DNA from: Phoronis australis
Lineage: Eukaryota; Animalia; Phoronida
Direction of reading: 5' to 3'
Assembly (NCBI GenBank): GCA_002633005.1
Contig: NMRA01000024.1
Span: 327,803-391,802, forward strand
Length of the DNA: 64,000 nt
Shown: one piece after another, positions 60,901-64,000 of the stretch
Layout: each line of letters begins with the position of its first letter
Position numbering within the stretch: the stretch's first letter is position 1
Made by a program: the position numbers and the translations under genes
Notes under the pieces: generated by a model
Told to the model about the DNA's origin: nothing
Databases searched by the model: none
What the model saw: the letters and a program-made list of their open reading frames with translations, nothing else

Positions 60901-63560
60901 ATTTTGTTTCATTTTGCGGCCACAGCTGTACCCTTTCCAAGAACTTTTTGAAATTTGGCAGATGTGTCTCAATGGAGTTGACAACTGATAATTAATTTTA
61001 ACAAATGTATTTGTATGAAATTGATAACAGATGACGATGACTTTCGGACAGATCGGACTACTGGTGCGCCCCCTATTGATATTTTTTATTTTTTATGGTT
61101 ACCTATGTATCTTCAAAGGTCCACAACAGATTGATATAAAATTTGTCAGATAGGCATCTGTTAGTGAGGTAATGCTATTGATTCGTTTTCGGATTTATTC
61201 AAGGCATTTTGCATCACCTAGTGACTGTATTTATTGTTTTCAAGTCTGTTTATTGGCGTCCACCCCTCGGACAACCAAGTCACTCTAAGGCTGATTGTGG
61301 AAATTGGCATGAATCCAGATCCCAGATGCAGGCCCTTTGCTTGCCTGTTTAAGTCACTATTGTTTCATGGACAGCAAGTATTCCCTAGTGGAATAGTAAC
61401 TTAACATGTATAATGTTTTTCCAAGATGACCATAAATCTGTGGCTTTACTAATTAAGGCAACTTCAAAAATGGCTGTTTTCCCTTTTAAGGTAAATTCTT
61501 CATTATGAAAATCACTTGCAAAATTGTTTATTTTTTTGTTCTTTAGACAACAGTTGGAAGATCTGTCTCCTAAAATTGACATGATGGAATCGGCTCACAA
61601 CACAGGCACGGTCAAGGGTGTCATTGTTACAGTGAAAGGCTCCAAAGAAACTGGGGCCATGGACGCACTGGGAAACACTTACGATTTCCTGTCCAGGTAC
61701 TTTGCACCCTGGAATGGAATTCCTGAAGATCCTGTCACAGGTATGTCTGCATGGCGAACACAATGGTATTTGGTTCAGTCCTTTCAAGAGTTCCCACCAT
61801 GCATTTTCTCACTTTTTCAGGTTTCAGTTAGCTAATATGAATCGAATACAATAAAATCTTGCTAAATAGGCACTTTTTATGCCAAATAGGTGCAATGGGT
61901 GGAAGACGGTTGGCCGCTTGACAATCATTTGCAATTTCGGAACACTGCAGGTCAGAAGACAATGACAATATTGGGCGAGAATTGGACAATTATAATGCAG
62001 ACCGACAGGAGAGTGGATATGGGCACTTATACTCAAGTACTTGAAGAATCAGACAATGAATTCGATTTCCCATTTAGCGAACTTTCGTCGGGTTTCAGGC
62101 CGTATGAACTCGACCCACTTGCACGAGAAATGACATTTGTGAGCCACAACCAACTCTACCAAGTGGTGGTCACTACTCACAAAATAGACACTTAATACTT
62201 ACTGACAAAGGCCNNNNNNNNNNNNNNNNNNNNNNNNNNNNNNNNNNNNNNNNNNNNNNNNNNNNNNNNNNNNNNNNNNNNNNNNNNNNNNNNNNNNNNN
62301 NNNNNNNNNNNNNNNNNNNNNNNNNNNNNNNNNNNNNNNNNNNNNNNNNNNNNNNNNNNNNNNNNNNNNNNNNNNNNNNNNNNNNNNNNNNNNNNNNNNN
62401 NNNNNNNNNNNNNNNNNNNNNNNNNNNNNNNNNNNNNNNNNNNNNNNNNNNNNNNNNNNNNNNNNNNNNNNNNNNNNNNNNNNNNNNNNNNNNNNNNNNN
62501 NNNNNNNNNNNNNNNNNNNNNNNNNNNNNNNNNNNNNNGTTTCCACAAACGCACCTTTTCATGTCTGAAAAAGACGGCTCCACGCGGACTTTCTTCACAA
62601 CTTCTCAATATCGCACTGGTAAAACAACAACGGCTGAGGCGGTCTTCCACTCATTGCGTACAAACTCGATAACAGAAAAATATGTTTTTAAAATTTTTAG
62701 ATTGTTTCGTAGCAACAGGTGTGTTAAATGGTATTAAATCTGTTAAGATGTAATAATAAAATTCCTTTTTGAGACACCGGGTCATGGTGGGAACTCTTTC
62801 ACGGATAGTTTTAGGAGTGTGCATTGTGACATTGGTGAAAAGTTATTTCATTGGGTGCTCTGTGATTGCTTAACGTTAATATTGGAAGTGAAAAAGGACA
62901 AAAAACTAACATGGCTGCGCCTTACCCAAGATACCTTTCCCAAGACTTAAGCCTCAATAAACGTGTCCCTGGCTGTTAGTGTTCATTAACAGCTTGCAAA
63001 AGTGTATGATCAAATTGTCATTGTTTTGTAGGATCTGCTCACACAGTTCTTGGTCCTTACTGGGCAGAAGTTTTGGACAAAACAAACATGTATGGTGAGT
63101 GCACCCCACGATATTTGTGTAATTTACGTAAAGCGACTTTTAACCCAACTTCCGTCACAAAACCACACTATTGATCTAGATCAATTGCCATAGTGAAATT
63201 GGCCTCTGCTATTGATGCAGGTAGTGGGCTCTCCCATGTACACCTTCGGGTTCGAGTCCCACTAGGTGACACCTGTTCAACCCTTGAGTCAGGTTTCTAG
63301 CTCCTCAGCTTGGTTTTAACTATGTATTAGTAACGCATAAAAAATGGTTCCAGATGAACAGCGCGGTTGGCCCCACTTGTGTAGCCTGCGCACATCTGGT
63401 ACAACGTGTATCTGACCGCCTGCAATAATTTTTTTTAGCTCGTCAATGCTCCAAACGAGGTGGGGATCTGTTTGTCAAGATGGTGGGCAATGGTAGAGTT
63501 GACGTTGCTGGAAACAGTGCTGTAGTTGTCCGTGGTACTGTGACAATACCAGTGAAATAG
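51842..63560 (+). CDS. PBLD: Phenazine biosynthesis-like domain-containing protein (PBLD/MAWBP, PhzF family), 9 coding exons, 306 aa
   Basis: Exons 51842-51952, 53545-53644, 54545-54643, 55860-55972, 56552-56581 (duplicate 58007-58036), 59502-59590, 61547-61740, 63032-63094, 63439-63560 sum to 921 nt. Motifs [56 protein letters not shown] and QCS.RGG are present. Confidence 0.95.
53545..53644 (+). CDS. PBLD: PBLD coding exon 2
   Basis: [33 protein letters not shown]; gcag/gtatgc. Confidence 0.93.
54545..54643 (+). CDS. PBLD: PBLD coding exon 3
   Basis: (A)[32 protein letters not shown]; tcag/gtaagt. Confidence 0.95.
   Translation, partial: PPSLDSVGSLHQRRFLCVDMQLLPRRLCCSTV
55860..55972 (+). 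CDS. PBLD: PBLD coding exon 4
   Basis: (D)[37 protein letters not shown]; tcag/gtaaga. Confidence 0.92.
56469..59354 (+). repeat. ~1.45-kb tandem duplication (56469-57920 / 57924-59354) joined at a single N
   Basis: The two copies align throughout with scattered SNPs and indels; the last ~450 bp look identical; N at 57921. Confidence 0.9.
56552..56581 (+). CDS. PBLD: PBLD coding exon 5 (30 nt; identical second copy at 58007-58036)
   Basis: ctcag|[10 protein letters not shown]|gtaatg, phase 0-0; fills the gap between flanking exons. Confidence 0.8.
59502..59590 (+). CDS. PBLD: PBLD coding exon 6
   Basis: [29 protein letters not shown]; taag/gtaagg. Confidence 0.85.
60490..61320 (+). mobile_element. 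Helentron/DINE-1-like repeat, internal units
   Basis: Matches the 3780-4100 and 5890-6310 units (gtgccccctagtg, tgaaatttggt, gattgtggaaattggcat). Confidence 0.6.
61547..61740 (+). CDS. PBLD: PBLD coding exon 7
   Basis: (R)QQLEDLSPK...[13 protein letters not shown]...[20 protein letters not shown]; ttag/gtatgt. Confidence 0.95.
62214..62538. other. Assembly gap (N run) inside a PBLD intron
   Basis: Run of N; the flanking exons join in phase, so no coding exon needs to lie in it. Confidence 0.98.
63032..63094 (+). CDS. PBLD: PBLD coding exon 8
   Basis: (G)[20 protein letters not shown]; gtag/gtgagt. Confidence 0.93.
63439..63560 (+). CDS. PBLD: PBLD last coding exon
   Basis: (A)[39 protein letters not shown]. 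Confidence 0.93.
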
Positions 63561-64000
63561 TTGGACAGATGTAGAGAAGTTGTCAAGAATACTGTGTGTA
63601 AAATGAGTGTTAGTCGGATACAATGGCTCTGCGTGTTGAGAACCAGTTCTCTCCACTGAGTAACAGGCATCTAGTAACTGGTTCTTGTAATGTGGGCACG
63701 TTTTATCCAACTATTGCTTGCAAAAGGTGTTCATAGTCTCCTAGGTTAGTGAATTGCTTTGGGAATTGTAACCGAAAGTGCTTACGATGAAAGTAGGCAA
63801 GTTTTACCTTGAGATCAGTCACCGCACTTGGACAATATGCAATTTCTGTATTCATCTGTGGTCACATACTAGAAAGGGTACAGCGTGCGAAGCCCATTTT
63901 TTCATGTTCACACGGTAGTTGTTAGCTCAGGGTTAATCAGCTGTTAAACCAGGCAGTTTTTTGCATAATATGTCACTGGCAAATATCTGCGGGCAGGTCG

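Noticed and set aside
62173-62650. ORFs spanning the N run
   Set aside because: Artefacts of the assembly gap.
51842-63560. PBLD as a horizontally acquired bacterial phenazine gene
   Set aside because: PBLD/MAWBP is a normal animal gene, and this copy is intron-rich and aligns collinearly with vertebrate PBLD.

Overview
Intron-rich animal genomic DNA, probably a heterozygous marine invertebrate (taxon inferred from repeat content only). It holds three spliced genes whose exons I traced by hand with GT-AG boundaries and consistent phase. (1) The last three coding exons of an SCD-like acyl-CoA desaturase (+, 1423-9579). (2) A complete 13-exon calcineurin A catalytic subunit (-, 50006-13956, 486 aa), tail-to-tail with SCD. 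(3) A complete 9-coding-exon PBLD/PhzF-family gene (+, 51842-63560, 306 aa), head-to-head with calcineurin A. Introns carry an AcademX-like transposon relic, Helentron/DINE-1-like repeats full of CTCF-like motifs, several MITEs, a 23-bp minisatellite and a probable haplotype false duplication. The most striking unexplained signal is in the 8.7-kb calcineurin intron between the CnB-binding and calmodulin-binding exons. It contains at least eight candidate frame-preserving microexons (39, 30, 27, 15, 3, 18, 21, 18 nt) plus Rbfox/Nova/UG-type motifs. A 10-nt candidate exon in the last intron would remove the autoinhibitory domain. All microexons are predicted from splice signals only and need RNA evidence.
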